Assembly: GCA_951406725.2 (NCBI GenBank)
Contig: OX597830.1
Location: 2,542,001-2,606,000, forward strand
Length of the DNA stretch: 64,000 nucleotides
Direction: 5' to 3'
Source: Octopus vulgaris
Lineage: Eukaryota
Under the pieces are notes generated by a model. It was not told where the DNA came from, ran no database searches, and saw only the letters and a program-made list of their open reading frames with translations. Position numbers and translations under genes: made by a program. Below, in pieces: positions 26,408 through 38,880 of the stretch; position 1 is the stretch's first letter; every line of letters starts with the position of its first letter.

Positions 26408-26994
26408 GGTTAAAGGAGATGCTTGAGTTTGTTTAACGTAGCATGGTCTTTCCTCTCATCCTTGATGGCTTGAGATAAAAATTGGCCCTTTCTCAACTTC
26501 TGTGGGGAATACCAAATGTCTTCATGCATTACTTGCCTGATAAGAGACCCAGACACTCCCATGTCCCTGGTGATGGACCCGATTGACTTGGAGGGATCGT
26601 TGTCAATCATGGCCTGGATCCCACCAACAAATTCAGGAGTTGTTTTCTTATCAGAACGACCAGAGTGAGTTTTCCCAGCTGCCAGCTCACTGCCTTAATT
26701 CATAATCACCATTAGACTCATCCAACTCTTTCCAACTCTTTCTAAATCCTCTGCACTCTCCTCAGATTGACATCCAAACTCACTGAAATATTCGTATTGG
26801 AGCTTCTGGTGTGAATGCCAAGCACTACAGCATGTCGTATCCAAATTTCTGGCAGAGTGAATTGTGTCATGGTGCTGTTTTTCTCATAGATGGTGTCCAA
26901 CTGACCCTACTATAATGTGTGGTCGAGATAATCTAAAACAAGCAATACACATGCACAAAATTAAAAACTTTAAATGGCAACAATCTACCCATCA

Positions 26995-27000
<6 letters not shown>
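26408..27000 (-). mobile_element. 5' part of a second maT-type element, opposite orientation
   Basis: ORF 26410-26610 'IDNDPSKSI.SI.RDMGVS..LIRQV.HEDI...LRKGQFLS' is homologous to the N-terminus of the adjacent copy. It ends at a (TA)n tract. Confidence 0.7.
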
Positions 27001-27025
<25 letters not shown>

Positions 27026-27228
27026 ATAACAATTTAATAAATAAAACATATGCATACATACATACATATATGTACATACCTATATTTATATGTATATATA
27101 CATGCATATATATATATATGAGTACAGGACACCACAAATAATCGTAGAACACAACGAGAAACGAAAACATACACACACACATAGGTCTGAAAATATGCAT
27201 ATGTGTGTGTGTGTGTGTGTGTGTGTGA

Positions 27229-27271
<43 letters not shown>

Positions 27272-27591
27272 AGTAAAATTCAGTTGAATTAGGTACTTAA
27301 ATTGAGGCACATCATTAGATCAGAATAAAATACACACACAATATTATGTAAGTATCAAACTTGGTCCCTAAGTACCAGCCGAATGATATTCATGGAGTGT
27401 ATGTCGACAATTAGACCCTCCTAAAAACTCTACCAACCCCTAATTTTCGTGTTCTGATTAAATATACATGATTCTGGTAAATCTATTCTGTCAAATGAAA
27501 TAGCAGCAGAATCGCTGAAAATGCTTTGCTTAGTGGATTTTAAATTATGTTAAATCATTTTGATTGTCTTTAATTTTGAAGTTCATGAATT

Positions 27592-27676
27592 CATCTGACG
27601 AAAACGGTTTCTTTACAACGATGTAATGTTTTTCATAGATCTCAATTAAAGGAGTCATAGGAAATGGCCGTCAGAG
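27592..27676 (+). ncRNA. Decayed hammerhead-like motif
   Basis: CTGACGA, ~60 nt, then GAAA-TGGCCG-TC-aga (near-palindromic stem III). Stems I and II are poorly paired. Confidence 0.35.
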
Positions 27677-28773
27677 ATCGACACCTAAATCTTTACTGTT
27701 ATTTATTTATGTTTAAGATAGGTTTCTTGTATTTTCTATCCACCAAATCCACTCACAATACTTTGGTTGGCCCAGGGCAATAAAAGAAAACACTTAACCA
27801 AGGTGCCTTCCAGTGAGAATGAACTCAAATCATGTTATACCAGATCTGTTATACCAGATTCTTTCGCAATGCATTTTTCATTAAACTACACTTGCCCTAT
27901 GTGGGATGCAGTGGAATTGAACCTGAAATGGTGGAGTTGATGTAAACATTGCCAAAAATAGACAAAACTATAACCCAATAAATCAATACATTCAAGCAAA
28001 ATACCTTGTGTGGTTTTTGTTCCACCCAAATTGCAAAGAAACTCCTTTCTTTGTCTCTCTTTACATTCTAATGAAACAAATCAGTGATTGACTTACAGAG
28101 TAGAACACATGACAACATTATTTGTAAAATGTTGTTTAAAAGTGCTTTTCAAGAATATATTATGGGAAATAATTTGAATACTCCAAGGTAGTTTAGGCTG
28201 TACTTTCCTCTTGCTCCACCTACCAAAATGAATGATGGAGTTCAATATATTATTGAATGATTGAGTAATTCAAAGCCACAATTTCTCACCAAACAGCATG
28301 TTTATATTATTATTGCATAGCCTGATAGTGAGACCACCAGCTACACACATCACATTCCCGGAAGATTTTGTTTCTCTCTCTTTACACACACACACGCACA
28401 CACACACACACACACACACGCACACATTGTATGTATGTATTTATATAGACTGAAATATAAGAATTAGCTTAAAAAAGTAGTTTGTTAATCAACAGAGACA
28501 ATCACTACATGAAGTCATTTTGTCCTTCAAAAACTTATTAATTCTGTTGTTGTTGTTGTTTGCCTTACATTAATGTCTGTTCTCACATGATAAACAATTC
28601 CTCAAACCATTATTTTTCCTCAATTTAATGCTTGTTTTCCTTTTGCATTTTAAAATTATTTGTTTAAGCAACTTCACTATTCTTTGATGTATTTCGGAAA
28701 GTCTGTCTCCATTCTCTTTTGTTTCGAATTTTATAAGGTTATCTAGGTATTTTTCATGGCATTATTGTTGTTG

Positions 28774-28837
<64 letters not shown>

Positions 28838-28937
28838 CTTAATGTTTTCTGCTTTTGTTTGATAAGAAAAGAATAAGCTTATTTATGAGTTTTCTCCATC
28901 TTGAATAACTTTTAGATATATCTTGTCCATTCTTCCT

Positions 28938-28968
<31 letters not shown>

Positions 28969-30253
28969 GTCAAACAGTAAATTAAAGCGCTGTGGTTTAA
29001 AGAGGAAATATCACAGTGTGACAGATTAGGAGTGAAAGTAAAGAATATTCATTCATGGATTTACATATAGATTTAGGGTAATTACATTTAAATTAGATTT
29101 AAATGGAAATTTCTGAATCATGGAAGTAATTCTAACAAGAAAAAAAAAAGATTAAAAAAAAGTTCTAATTCTAAACTGATTAATTTTTCTTGAATCAAAC
29201 ATTCATTAAAGATGGAATCAGAATTCTCGAGTTTGGTAAGATTCTCAGAGGCACTGTGACATAAACTATGAAATCAATGTTCTTCTTAACCTTGAAATGT
29301 CTTTTGTTTTAATTAGTGTAAGATCTGGAAAACAGGTCATCAAAATCAAAGTTCACTCAAAGCTTTTGTCATTTTCCTAAATTTCACAAATGCTATTTTT
29401 TATATACAGAGTGGGTTGGACAGATCTGTAAAATAACCTCTCCTCATCTAATATAATTCTGTGACATTCAACATAACCCTTAACCCTTCCGCTCTCACTA
29501 AAACCTTGGTTTTCCTCCTCTTCAGAAACCCTTTTTCTGCAACTTATCATATTTCTTCATCAGTTGTGTATCACCCATATGAATAAAGAGGCTTTGTGTT
29601 GTCACTTCACCTGCTGGAAATAGTTGCCACATTTCCCTAAAATCATACCTTGGAAAATAAGGACACATTTCATCCTGTAGTCCTGAGCACACTGAGTCCA
29701 GGAAAAAGATGGGGTGGTCATGATCAGAGTGTCTCTGGACCTATGGTGGCTCAATCCTGTATGTCCAGGGCTAAAACAATGTGCAATGTCACCAGTAGCC
29801 AATCATGTTGATTCAGTCACATTTTTTGGTATTCCTTATATTGAACATCTCACTTGTAAATCAATATTGAGCGTTCGAGGGAAGACACTTGATCCAATTC
29901 TTTCAGTCTTCTGGGTAGGGTGGGGGAATTGGGAAGGGAGTGCAGCCAGACATTTTGCTTAAATTAGTTAAAATATGTCATCACTTGAATTATCTTCTCC
30001 TAATGAATAAACAGCCAGTGGATTTAATTAAATGCTATGCATTCCCTATATCACTTAAAACTTTTCTGAAAGCAATTAACAAAATATCAAAGGTGTGTGC
30101 GTGCATGTGAGGAGAGCTACAGTTGAAGGAAACTAGTCAAGAGTTCCACAAAGTCTCATCAATGCCTTCATAAAAGATGCTGCTTTGTAGATGCATCAAA
30201 CCTTTGTTGATGTAATGCCAATATTAGCATTAATGACAATATTGAAAGTGATA

Positions 30254-30343
30254 CAATTAACATAACGTCAATATTTAACATAACGTCAATATTGACATAA
30301 TGTCAAGATTAACATAATGTCAAGATTGACATAACAGCAATAT
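30254..30343. repeat. ~17-bp minisatellite, about 5 copies
   Basis: The unit ~'aatattgacataacgtc' is repeated in tandem with variants. Confidence 0.8.
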
Positions 30344-33300
30344 ATGACAAACTAGTTGTCTATAAATTTTGCTTAGTTTGTATCAAATCTCTTTTACAAC
30401 AATTGTTCATTGAATTTCTATGTCTTATTGATTTAGTCTTAGAAAACATGGAGTTGTTGTTGTTGCTGATTCAACAGACCAAAGATGCTCCAGTCATAAC
30501 CATCCCATTTATTCATATATCTATAACTCTGTCCTTCTCTGAGACAATAATTCATCTACGATCCTACAAGGACTGTTTCTAGCAGGTTGAATGACTGAAC
30601 AGAAGCTTCATCGATGGGCTGGCCCCAAGGATACCAATGGTACCGTTTGAACATAGAACGCCTGTGGTTCTGTGCAGTATAGCTCATTCACACCCATGGC
30701 TATGCATTCCAACATTGTTTTAAAGTAACCGTAGTCAAAAAGGAAATAAGCAAAACAGACACATTTAAGTCTCTCTACCAATTACTGATGAAGACAAAGG
30801 AGGAGGAGGAGGAGGAGGAGGAGGATTAGGTCTTTAGAGAAAGCAATGATGGAGATAAATGACAGCAGCCAAGTGAAGAAGATTAATGTATTTATTGTGG
30901 CACATGCAGTGAGCATGTTAAAGCCTGTCTCACTTTATCAATGAACTTGAGCAAATTTTGGTGTATTCTTTGGGTAATTCAGCCTTCATTAGTCAATCTT
31001 AGAAATTTATGTTTCTTCAAATCAACTTTCATCAAATCAGTTAATTCTAAATGTTCAGCTCTGAGAATGGCAATAGTTTCAAGGAAACACACTGTTTGGA
31101 TTTTTCCTTCCGTGTGGTGGCATTCGTCATGTTTGATTTCCCTGGCTTCACTGCACAGAATGAACGTTTCATTTCAAAGTTCAATACAAATGCTATGAAG
31201 AGAACCACAACAGGAAACAAGTGTGTTGTTGTTCTTGTTGTTATTGTTGTTGTTGTGGTGGTGGAGCTGGTGATGATGGTTGTGGCAGAAATGATATCAG
31301 TGGTGGTGGTGGTGGTGGTGTATGTTAAGAATTCAATATACCTAGAACATTCCCTTGATGGTGGTCAGTCACTATTTCTTTGCTGGTTAGACATGTATTT
31401 TAACAGCAGTTTTTTTAAGGTTATTCAGGAATCTAATGATTAGGAGTATGAAAAGTTTTCGGATTAAGGAGTTCACATGAATACCATAGGGTTCTGTATT
31501 TGATCCCACCACACCAGGTGTTGGGCAAGTATCTTCTGGCCACTGGAGCTCAATACTTTGAGGGTGTTTATATCTGTATCTCCATTTCTATAAATTTCAC
31601 CAATAAAGCATCCCTCACACTGGCACCTCAGACAAATGTGTTTTATCATAAAATACATTTGATCGAGGTGCCACTATGAGGGACTAAACCTAAAATTGTG
31701 TAATTCTTTTCTACTCTAGGCACAAGGCCCAAAATTTTGGGGAGGGGGCCAGTTGACTAAATCGACCCCTGTATGCAACTGGTACTTAATTTATTGACCC
31801 CCAAAAGGATGAAAGGCAAAGTCGACCTTGGCAGAATTTGAACTCAAAATGTCAAGACAGACAATAAGCTCTACAGGTAACAAACATGGTGTTTATGACC
31901 AACTAATTAAAACGTCTTGGTTTGTTGATTAATTAACAAATATTTATAATAATTACAATATATCAGGTGAAAGGTAGGTTCAAATGATGAGTAATGTGGG
32001 TCCCTACTTCATGGCTGTGGAAGGGAATTGGTAGAGCAGTCATCTGTGGTAGTGTTTTATGTGTCTTTGCATCACTGGACAGAGAGGAAGTGACCAACTG
32101 ACAAAATATAACAAAGTCACACAAAACACACGGGTTTCAAATTATAGCACAAGACCAGCATTTTCAGGGAGGAGATAAGTTGATTACATCAACCCTAATG
32201 CGCAACTGGTACTTATTTTATTGATCCCAGAGGGATGCAAAGTAATACTGACCTCAGCAGAATTTAAACCCAAAGCATAAAGGCAGGTGAAATGCCACGA
32301 AGCGAATTGTCCAGCAATGCTAAAGATTCTTCTAATTTACCATCATACACACAAGAAATATTAAAAAGACATAAATTATAACAAAACACACAAAATGCAA
32401 TAAATACACTTGGTTGCTTTGATGATGCCAGCTATTATAGGGAAATAATCATTTTATTATAATATGAAGTGGGATTGGAACTTTAAATGTGAAATTAAGG
32501 AATTATAAAGAAAAAATGCCTAGAATTCACATTTTTAGTTCCCTTTCTTTTCATTCTGGTCACAAAGTTCTTACAATTTCTAGTTGGTGGTATAACAAAA
32601 TTACAAAAGTAACAAAACACACAAAATAGAACAAAAAAATATACATAATATTAAATAAAAACAACACAAATAACAAAACGTGAAATATATAGAAAATCAT
32701 AGGCTATAACAAAACACACAAATATAAGAAAAAGAAAATACAACAAATACAAAATATAATTTATTCCATCCACAGATGATACAATTGAACACACAGACAA
32801 GAATGGTACAGGGGTTTTGTTTGCTTCTTTTAGAAACTTCCTGTTTTAGGTTCCAACCTGAGAGATTATCAGCAGCATTATTAACTGTAGAATACTAAAA
32901 ACATCAGTTCAGCAGCAATTCCACTTGGAGTTTTGGCATTGATTAAAATGTCACTGCATTGTGTTCTAAGATAGGAAAACTATTTGTAGAATCAAATGAT
33001 ATATGTTCTATATCATCTGTGAGAAGAACCAATTCTGAATTTTGGCTGATAAATTGTAGCAATTGTTCCTGGCAAGTGATGTTGCGTCTGCAACAATAAA
33101 TACATTTTGGAAACGAAGCGTATCATTTGAGCAGACGTGATTAATCTGTTTAGACGAACACCAAGTGAAAATACAGTGGTTGTGCTCCAGCATGACTACA
33201 GCTTTGAAGCTGAAACAATTTCAAGATTTCAAGAATTATGCTAATAGACATTTCATTGAACCCTACTGGCACCAAGATGAGGTCTGAGTAGTAAAATATC

Positions 33301-33763
33301 ATATGCTGCCATACATGTTATGGGGCTTTGTTATTGGTTTATCTTTAGTGAATATTATTCCAGCAGACGTGCTTGAATCACAGTTAAATAGTCATTTAAA
33401 CGGTATAAACTGTATGATTGTATTTATCAGAAATAGTGATGAGGACAACCAGATAAAAAAAGCAGTGGGAACAAATTGAAGCAATAATAATCTGAAAGAT
33501 ATAGGTGGGTAGCAGTGTTATCACTAATTCATGGAAGAATAGGTTTAAACACTACCATATGTTCTTAATTTTTTTTCCATAACTTTGATATTAAATGTTT
33601 ATATTTTTAGTGTTACACCAATCGCTAAGTCTTAGTGATATGTAAAGTCACAAGTTTGGTGCAAGGGAGCAGACAATCTTATCAACCCCAGTATTTAACT
33701 GGTATTATATTTTATTAACTGTCAACACTACTTATGCTGCTTTCTGCTCAGAGTGATCTAAAA

Positions 33764-34010
33764 CAGTGGTTCTCAACCAACTAGGGTCCATATAAGATTT
33801 TGCCATTAAAATTTGTGTGCAATAAATCAGTTACACTACAACAATATACAAAATACTTTATCAAGTTCTTTCATATGATGGCTAATAATATCTAGCAATA
33901 AAAATATCAGAATTTTTTATTAAATATTGAATAGCTGTGGAGATCTATCTGAATAAAATAGGAATCAAAGGGGATCCATAGGTAAATATAAAAGGGGTTC
34001 AGAACCACTG
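33764..34010. mobile_element. hAT-like MITE
   Basis: TIR CAGTGGTTCT...AGAACCACTG. Flanks atctaaaa/acttaaaa resemble a decayed 8-bp TSD. Confidence 0.7.
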
Positions 34011-34221
34011 ACTTAAAACCATAAAACAAAAACCGAAAGCAAAACTTGGCACTGCTTGGATTTGAACTTATTATGCAAAGATCTATAACCAAATAGCACA
34101 AGAGATTTATCAATGCTCAACTGATTCTTCCACCTTCCACTCTCAACCATTATATTTTACATTCCATATTCATTTCAGCATGGTTTCTATACAGCTCTAT
34201 ATTTAAAAGATGAGGTATTAT

Positions 34222-34636
34222 ATATTATTTACATTTGGTGTATATTTGTCCTCATCTTGTTTGTTGTTAATACAACGTTTCGGCTGATATACCCTCCAGC
34301 CTTCATCAGGTGTCTTGTGGAAATTCCAAACCTGGGTTCTCATTCCTAAGGTATTTTTCAATGTTGTTATTATTATTATTATTATTCAGGTCACTGCCTG
34401 GAATCAAACTCTGAATCTTAGGGTTAGGAGCCCGCACTCTTAACCACTACGCCATATGCACATGGGCATAATAATAATAATAACAATAACATTGAGAAAT
34501 ACCTTAGGAATGAGAACCCAGGTTCGAAATTTCCCCAAGACACCTGATGAAGGCTGGAAGGTATATCAACTGGAACTTTGTGTTAAAAACAAACAAGATG
34601 AGGACAAATATCCATCAAATATAAATAATGTAAATA
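34222..34636. mobile_element. Palindromic element: tRNA-like head between two inverted hammerhead-containing arms
   Basis: Arms ~34222-34386 and ~34470-34636 are reverse complements. The centre (34459 to 34387, minus strand) has A box TGGCGTAGTGG and B-box-like GTTTGATTCC. Confidence 0.8.
34269..34314 (-). ncRNA. Minimal hammerhead ribozyme
   Basis: Minus strand: gacac-CTGATGA-a-GGCTG gagggtatat CAGCC-GAAA-CGTT-gtatt, with loopless palindromic stem III AACGTT. The plus-strand twin at 34539-34584 has GAAA mutated to GGAA. Confidence 0.75.
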
Positions 34637-35098
34637 ATGGTTTCTATAGTTGGATGCCCTTCCTAACATCAACCACTCCATAGAGGGCACTGGATGCTTT
34701 TTTTATTGTGGCCCCATCAATAAAGAAGTGGTCCTGGAATCAATAGCACAAGATTAATGGGTCTTATTCACTCTAAACTGTCTTTGCCCTTTCACCATTC
34801 TCATAGTTTCTTCTACTCGCTGTTGTTGTGATCGTCATTGTAGTAGTAGTAGGAGGAGGAGGAGGAGGAGGAGGTGGAGGAGGAGGAGGTGGAGGAGGAA
34901 TTATCAGAATCGTGAGAATGCTGGATATTCCAAGATTAAATGACTCTGAGGTGCACATTCTTTTGAGATCGATAAAATAAAGTACAGAACAAGTACAACA
35001 AAGATCATTAGAATCAACTGCTCCTCCCACTCAGCAAAGTCTGACATCTTCTGACCATATAAGAAATCATCATCATTACATTATCATTGTTATTATTA

Positions 35099-35155
<57 letters not shown>

Positions 35156-35389
35156 GAGATTAAAATCAATAGCAGCCTTGAAGTATATTATTAATCATCT
35201 GTTGTATAATTACGATGCACAAAATCAATATTGTTATCTCTGGCATTGCTGAGAAGAGATATTTGTCAGATGGACATTTCTTATTTCAAACAAGTAAAAC
35301 AGAAATATAAGTCTAGCTTCAGCTCAGCCAGGATATTTGACATACATTGTCAGAATTTCATTAACATATAATGCATACTTATACAAGGT

Positions 35390-36600
35390 CCTGAGAGCAG
35401 AGGCTGCAGGGAGTGTGCTTGCAACCCTTAAAATTTTTGTGGAGTGCAAACTCAAACATTCCACCCCACACATACATTGCCTGGTTTAGAAGACTGTGTC
35501 TAAAAATTGATCTGTAAAAAGTTGCTTGAAGTTAGGTTTCTTTTCAAAACAAGAACAAAGGAGAAAAAAATAAATAGATAAAAAAAAGCCAAAAATGTTA
35601 ACTGATGAAGCTGGTCATAGAAATCTCATGGAAATCCAAGAAAGATATACTATTGAACTATATCTGCTTTCCATTTGATGGTGCCAATACCTTGCATACA
35701 AACATTCCAGGCATACAAACGAGATTAAAAGACATGTTTCCTTGTACATATTTTGCACATTACAGAAACCATTCTCTGGACGTTGTCCTCCAAGAAGTTG
35801 GCTTTGTTCACTAATGAGCCATTTTTCTGAAAGAGTCATCAAAAAGAAAACCACAATGGTCAAGCCTTTGTTGCGAGATGGTCATATTGCAAACTGTGTA
35901 TCCAACTCATTGGTGCAGTTCAGCAACAGCACTGAAACAGGTGTAAAGCAACTATAAGAAGATTAAGGGTTTCTTGCCAGAGTTTCTGAATGATGCATTG
36001 CTATGAGCAACACCAAAGGCCACTGTCGAAATGACTGCTGAAACAATATTAAGGTGTCTGGGAATGTATTTGCAACATGTGAATCTGTGGCATGTAGCTT
36101 ATGGCATTCAGGCACAACTAGGGACTGCTTGAAGCTGATCAGGAAGTTGAAGAACTCTCTTTCAAAAATAAGAAGTGAGAAAGTTTTTGAAAACTATTTC
36201 AATGAAATATCCTCTGATGACTTTGAGAAAATGCCTACACTTTTCGTTCCAAGAATAATATATATTTTGAGTGCTAAACCTGCCAGGGTTAACTTTGTTT
36301 CTTATTAATTTGAGATCAATAAAATAAGTGTTTCAGACATATAGCAACTACTGAAGAAGGTGCTCTCTCTGTCATCAATGACTGGCATCGGCCATTTTTC
36401 AGCAGCATCATTGATGTCATCAAAAATGAATCGAATCCCCACTTTCAGCAAGAGGGAATGTGCATCTGCTGTGAGCGAGAGGAGTTTTGCATTTATCAGA
36501 AGTCAGCTGTGGGATGTTTGAGCTTGCAAATGCATCCCTGCCTTTTCTATATGGAAATCGGACGTTAAACAATGATGATGATTGCCCTCACTATCATCAC
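35390..36600 (+). mobile_element. Highly decayed hAT transposase
   Basis: 'FDGANTL....GIQTRLK..FP..YFAHYRNHSLDVVLQE' matches the DG...CxxH region. 'ASAVSERSF' at ~36460-36487 matches the hAT dimerisation motif. Boundaries are approximate. Confidence 0.65.
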
Positions 36601-37406
36601 AAATCAAGCTCCTTACTGGCCCATGGACGGAAAAAGAAACTTTTCCCAAATAACTGCATGACATTGTTGGAAATGGAGAGCTTCTCGTGCTGTTCTTCGT
36701 TCTGGCAAGCGTTGATGCAAATGCAGCTTATTCTGTCTCATGAACGTGGAAAAGTGATTCAAATTATTCTAAAGAATGTTCTACTCTCATTTTGGTAACA
36801 AACCTTTCCATGAGGATGTGAGAAGCATTTTCATTGCACAAATTTTTATGCACCTGCATTACGGCCCAGTGTGTTAGGCAGTGCTACGTCGTTGTGGTAT
36901 GGAGCCAGGTCTCTATACAGCAAAGTTCGCTGAACGCTCTCTCGCTTTCTGTCTTTGCATCAACAAGAGAACATTCAGCACACTTCACCATTTGAAGACC
37001 TAGTTTGGTACCACAATGATGCAGCACTGCCTAACACACTGTGCCATAAGGCATGTGCATAAAAACTTGTGCAAGAAAAGTGCTTTGTACATATTCAGGG
37101 AAAGTTTTATTGCCAAAATGATGAAGAGTAGAAAATGTTTTGGGAATATTTGAAACACTTTCACATATGTGCAAAAGTGGGCTGAAAAGTTTGCCTCCTT
37201 TAAGCAAATTTAGTTCCTGGGCCATTGTATTTATATACAGGTTGTATGTATTTGCTTGTTTCTAGTTATCCATCATTCTTCTATGTATCAGCATTGAAAG
37301 ATGGCGGTTCTCTCCCTTGGGATGTAAATTTCTCACTATGCGCAACCTTCTAAACACCAAAAAGAGTATTGAGACATATTCACATACACACACACACACA
37401 CAAATG

Positions 37407-37465
<59 letters not shown>

Positions 37466-37702
37466 ACACACACACACACACATATGTATACATATATCAC
37501 GTGATCACGTGACCGACCAGTCCATCAGATGTAGTTACACATCGCTGGTCACAATGCATTCGCATTGTTTTAGCCATATAAACATATATACATACAAACA
37601 CACATATAAGTGAGTAAAATTTAGATACAGATGAATATGGTAGTTAAGTTGAAAGCACCAGAATGTAGTATGGTATTATCCATATAATTTAAAATGAGGT
37701 GA

Positions 37703-37831
37703 TTATAACCAAAATAAGCAACAAGGATATCCAGAGGTAATGCAGTACCATGTGGCCTCATTTAAACGGAGTTGCATGAAACAATCGTACTGAATTATCT
37801 CTGGATATCCTTGTTGCTTATTTTGATTATA
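37703..37831. repeat. 45-bp inverted repeat (Penelope-tail-like family)
   Basis: tataaccaaaataagcaacaaggatatccagaggtaatgcagtac pairs with gtactgaattatctctggatatccttgttgcttattttgattata. A related hairpin lies at 54089-54198. Confidence 0.8.
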
Positions 37832-37837
37832 TATATA

Positions 37838-38880
37838 TGAGGTGGTATCAAAAAGTTCCAGGACTAGTTGTTCAGGGCACCAGCAGATGACAGACCATGG
37901 TTGCGTGCACAGTGAGAGTAAGCAGTGACCTTCATAAGACTGTGTGCTGAGTGACATCGCTGTGTTTATCCACTCGTTGTGAAATTTGTGCTTTTTGTGA
38001 TCACATATATTCTGTAGTCTGTGATTTTGTCATGGACACAAAGTTGCAACAAAGTGTTAACATGAAAATTTGCATTAAAACTTGGTAAGTCTGCTACAGA
38101 GACATTGAGCCTACATCAGCAAGCTTATGGCGACGAAGCAGAGGGTTGTAGGCAAAGTTTATGGGTGCTTTAAATGTCCCTGGAAGACAGTCAGCAATCT
38201 GAAAGTCCTGCCATAAGTGTCACCCCCAGGAGTGTGAGGAAAAATTCATCAGCTTGGGCATAAGAATCGCCAGAAGACAATCAATAGCATTGCTGATGTT
38301 GCTGGTCTGATGTATGGATCCGTGCAGGCAATCCTAACATCTGAATTGAACATGCAGCATGTCTCTGGCAAGTTTGTCCCCCACCTACTCATCACTGATC
38401 AGAGAGAATATGGTGTCAAAGTCTGTCAAGATGTTCATTAGCATGCAGCTGATGACCCATCCTCCATGTTAAAGAGCATCACTGGTGACAAGAGTTGGGT
38501 CAACAGGTACGATCCTTAGATGAATGCAAGAGGCCTTCATCTCTAGACCAAAGAAGACACGACAGAGCCGCAGCTCAGTGAAGAGCATGCTCATCGTTTG
38601 TTTAATCACCCATGGTATTGTGCATCTAGAATTTGTCCCCTGGGGTCAGAACATCAATCGAGAGTTCTACTGTGATGGTTTGAAGCATTTGAGGGAAGAA
38701 ATTCAACGAAAAGGACCGAATCTGTGGAGGGCAAAGAATCGGATTCTTTGCAACAACAATGCACCCTGTCACTGAGCTCTTCTCACTCGCGACTTTCTCA
38801 ACAGAAACAACAGAGCATCACTTCTGTACCCACTCTATTCACTAGATGTTGTGTCTGTGGGCTTCCATGTCTTCCCCCAA
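37838..38880 (+). mobile_element. Decayed mariner
   Basis: Starts ta-TGAGGTGGTATCAAAAAGTTCC. Fragments include 'KFVPHLL', 'ITGDKSWV', 'RPKK.RQSRS.VKSML', 'GIVH.EFVP.GQ.IN.EFY' and 'NNAPCH'. Confidence 0.85.

Noticed and set aside
34387-34460. tRNA gene (also 49750-49823)
   Set aside because: There is no complete acceptor stem or poly-T terminator, and the sequence continues into repeat bodies, so these are SINE heads.
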